In this document: piece by piece, positions 60,600 through 64,000 of the stretch
Numbering within the stretch: position 1 is the stretch's first letter
Layout of the letters: each line of letters starts with the position of its first letter
From: Balanoglossus misakiensis
Lineage: Eukaryota; Animalia; Hemichordata
Direction: 5' to 3'
DNA: 64,000 bases
Assembly (NCBI GenBank): GCA_040954595.2
Contig: CM082580.2
Span: 13,814,242 to 13,878,241, forward strand
Position numbers and translations under genes: made by a program
Notes under the pieces: generated by a model
Database searches by the model: none
What the model was told of the DNA's origin: nothing
Seen by the model: the letters and a program-made list of their open reading frames with translations, nothing else

Positions 60600-61051
60600 C
60601 CTAAATTAATTAGCCAAGATCACTCGATTGCCACGTGCACCATGTACTCGATGCATGATATCCGAACTGTTTTTCCGCACTGCAATTTCTATAGCTGAGA
60701 CGCAGAAACTCCGAACTGGCTAGACAGCACCAGCTCGCTTCTACTCACCACAGATCAAACTAAAAAGAATATTTTCTAAAGTTCACCCATCTGCATGATC
60801 TGGCGACACGCACAACAAGCCATCGAATGAGGAATTTTGGAACAAACGATAGAATTCGGAGCGCGCTACCCGTTTTGATATGGAACGCCCAAGTTTATCA
60901 ACACGTAGAATACGATTATTTGGATCGAAGTGTGCAGTTTTTCCTTGTTTGCTTTATTCATCCATCGAGAAGAAACCATGACAAGTGAAATAACTTGATA
61001 GTTTTGACTGATTTTTTGAGTACTCAACATTTCTCAGCTTCGTCACGCAAG

Positions 61052-64000
61052 ATGAGCGGATGGCGAAAGAACCGTACCGGTACGACGAGTGAGGAGATTG
61101 ACATGACCGTAGAAAGTAAACACACAAATATGGATCACTTGAAATCAGGTAAATGTGGAATATTGTCATCAACACATAAAACAAACTTGCTAAGCTGGGA
61201 AGATGTAAAAAGACGCGTGTCTGTGATTCATAGTCACTGGGAAGATTGTTAGGCCTAAGTCCGGGTACGTGTGAAAATCTTTTTGACAAAAGAGGACGTT
61301 TTCATTTAAAGGTATCCCTTTGGAGGCAAAGGTGAGTATGGTGGTGGACCAGCTGGGCGTACCGGAAAGTGCCATCCCGCCCGCATACAGGAAGACAAGC
61401 CTCGCCAGAACTGCCAGTATCTGGGTCAGAACAACTCGGGGAATGTTCCAGGCATCAGCGAGCAGTAAAATGGGAATGAAAATGTTCCGCAGTCATAGAG
61501 CGTTGGAGGAAGAACAGAAAAGACAAGAGGCGACCAACACTTTTATCATTCATCCATTCAGTGCATTCAGGTAACATCAGTTTTCATCTGGTACTGGGTG
61601 AAGTCACACGTCTCTCTCAGTTTAGTTTCGAAAGAAGAGCATCGACTCGTATCTCATTCTCTATATCAAAGCTTGCTTCACCGTGGTTTACTAGTACATT
61701 TGTATTAATTACTTTTCGTCTATTTATCCCCACAGATGGTACTGGGACATGTTCATAGTAGTGTTACTCATAGCGACTTTAGTCTTGCTGCCCGTGAACA
61801 TAGCATTCTTCAGCGATGAGTTTAACCTCGAGTGGGTCGTCCTCAATTGCATCACCGATACCGTCTTTATGATTGACATCTTATTGAATTTTTTCACGGG
61901 AGTTGTGCATCACCAGAATGAAGAGGTAGGTGTACTATATAAACATGTGCTCAAAGTATTATTAACAAGACGACCGTATCGATGTTCAAGATAAAATTCC
62001 TTACTTTGCATCATAACTATATGTTGGCTGTTTTTCGCTATTTTCTCCCACGTTTTATCATTCACTTATAACAATTGTTCATTCCTTTAAGGTTATTTTA
62101 ACGAGGCGAGCGGTTATGTGTAGCTATCTGAGAGGCTGGTTCATTCTCGACTTATTGTCATCTTTCCCGTTCGACTATCTGTACATTGGGTTCAGAGGTG
62201 ACAGTGATTACAACCAAACAGCCCTGACTCTGCGAACTCTAAGATTGGCAAAAGTCATCAGCTTGCTGCGACTTCTTCGATTGTCTCGGTTGCTAAGATA
62301 CGTACACCGCCTTGAAGAGGTAAGACGTCTTTGCAGAGATGACCAATTTTAGGGGAGAAACCGTAAAAGCTGACAAACGAGTGTTGTTGATTGGCTTTGC
62401 TTCACTCTCCCTCTCTATCTTCACTCTCTCCCCATGCAGGTGTTGCAAGTCGAAAGCGCCGTCATTCGCATCCTCAATCTAGTCCTTGTAATCCTGATGT
62501 TGACTCACTGGAATGGATGTATACAGTTCCTCATCCCGTTTCTGATGGAATTCCCTGCCGACTCGTGGATTGTGAGGGACAGTCTCGTTGTGAGTGCACC
62601 CGACATATTTTATCACCATTTTGTTGAGAAGAAAAAGATCACCTGACAGGCAAACCATGCGAGAAAAAAAAATCCAGAGATTTCCATTTTTGCTCTACTC
62701 GACAGAACGCCACAAAGTGGGAGCAGTATTCTTGGTGTTTCTTCAAAGCCATCTCACAGACCCTGAGCATCGGCTTCGGCAAGTACCCACCGGACAACAT
62801 TGCTGAGATGTGGGCCACGACGATCAGCATGATGGTCGGAGCGACTTTCTACGCGCTCTTCATCGGTCACATGTCAACGCTACTTCTCTCCATAGACGCG
62901 TCGGGTCGACTCTACAACGAAAGGGTGATTATTCTATTTTAGACACTCACGTATATGATTTTTTTCGAGATAGACGTTTTTTGAATAACATGTATTTTAC
63001 AGTGATAAAACGCGAGTAGCCACACTGTATTCTAAATATTTTGACTTTGCAGATCAACCAAGTCAAGGAATACATGAGATATCGTAAACTTCCCATAGAA
63101 ACCCAGAGACGAATTCTTGTTTACTACGAAAATCGTTATCAGCGCCATTACTTTGATGAAGATTCTATTCTGGAAGAACAGAATCATCCGCTCAGGAAGG
63201 TAGCTATAAATTGGATTATGTTTCATTCGGGAAAATCATCGTCCTTGATGTTTCTCCACCACAGACCATACAGAAATGTGTCGTCTTTGTCACTTATATT
63301 TATGCTTACAATAGTTTTACTTTCAGAGGTGACCATTCAAACAATCATTCTATCTTGTTTCGTCTGTCATTTTGAAGGAAATCATACAAATGAACTGCAA
63401 GCAGCTCGTCGGAAAAGTGGAGTTTTTGAGTCAGGCGCCGTCGGACTTCACTTATGACGTCACCAGGAAGTTACACTTCGAGGTTTACCTGCCAGAAGAC
63501 TACATCATCAGAACAGGTGGTCGTGGCGATAGAATGTACTTCATTGAACACGGAATGGTTGACGTCATCGTCGACGGTGAAGTGGTGACCCAGCTGATGG
63601 ACGGTGACCACTTTGGAGGTAATATCATCTTTTTTTCAAAGCCGTGTTTCTCACAAAAGACCACGTGGAAATCCTTTACGAATTATACTTTCAGAAAGTT
63701 GCTGTAACTTAGTAACTCTCATTTATATGTGACTTTATTTCTCTCTCTCAGAAATTGCAATGTTATCTGATGCCAGACGTGTAGCTTCGGTGGTCGCTAT
63801 AGCAACAAGCTATGTTTATTACCTGAAGCGTAATGATTTCAAAAGTGGTAAGTTTGTCATTTCTCCCCTAACTTTTATGATAACCTGTATGTACCGGTGA
63901 TAGTAGCACCAGTTCTGTGTGACATGAACTACAATGTATTGACAAAGGAATATTCAATATTCACAGTGTTGGTAGACTATCCTGAGATGCGCACGAAGAT
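61052..64000 (+). CDS. Hyperpolarization-activated cyclic-nucleotide-gated (HCN) channel, divergent paralog; 3' end outside the window
   Basis: IIHPFSAFRWYWD (HCN domain/S1), S4 LRTLRLAKVISLLRLLRLSRLLRY, HWNGCIQF, pore AISQTLSIGFGKYPP, C-linker QVKEYMRYRKLP, CNBD MYFIEHG...FGEIAMLSDARRVASV. Frame-consistent GT-AG exons from ATG 61052. Confidence 0.93.

Noticed and set aside
61311-61321. GTATCC/ATATCCTT U12-like donors (also near 43287 and 56330)
   Set aside because: All fall within coding exons whose frames are continuous without an intron.
62220-62300. HCNL-type proton channel interpretation
   Set aside because: The inner S4 arginine series is uninterrupted, and the pore and CNBD motifs look functional.

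Overview
Gene-dense, AT-rich, intron-rich window from a metazoan nuclear genome, probably a marine invertebrate (inference from protein similarity and intron positions; taxon not determined). Gene order: an unidentified minus-strand gene with a ~14 kb intron (360-15392, tentative), GARS (+), a cryptic spliced minus-strand locus at ~23.2-23.7 kb, VPS50 (-), ACAA1 (-), CCDC177-like (-), a stand-alone homolog of the MIEF1-uORF/AltMiD51 LYR microprotein (+), POLR1B (+), cytochrome c (-), MMUT (+) and a divergent HCN channel with a SIGFG filter (+, truncated by the window end). Main points of interest: (1) a duplicated H/ACA-type RNA whose two copies sit in the only two non-GT-AG introns of GARS (one GC-AG, one U12 AT-AC); (2) a multi-ATG uORF overlapping the mitochondrial GARS start; (3) a spliced ORF with four in-frame TGA codons in CxCxxCxC-like spacing (selenoprotein candidate or decayed pseudogene); (4) a ~62 bp hairpin with a competing pairing partner; (5) the MIEF1 microprotein as its own gene with a splice donor just after the stop. 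All exon boundaries were read by eye; no database searches or folding programs were run.
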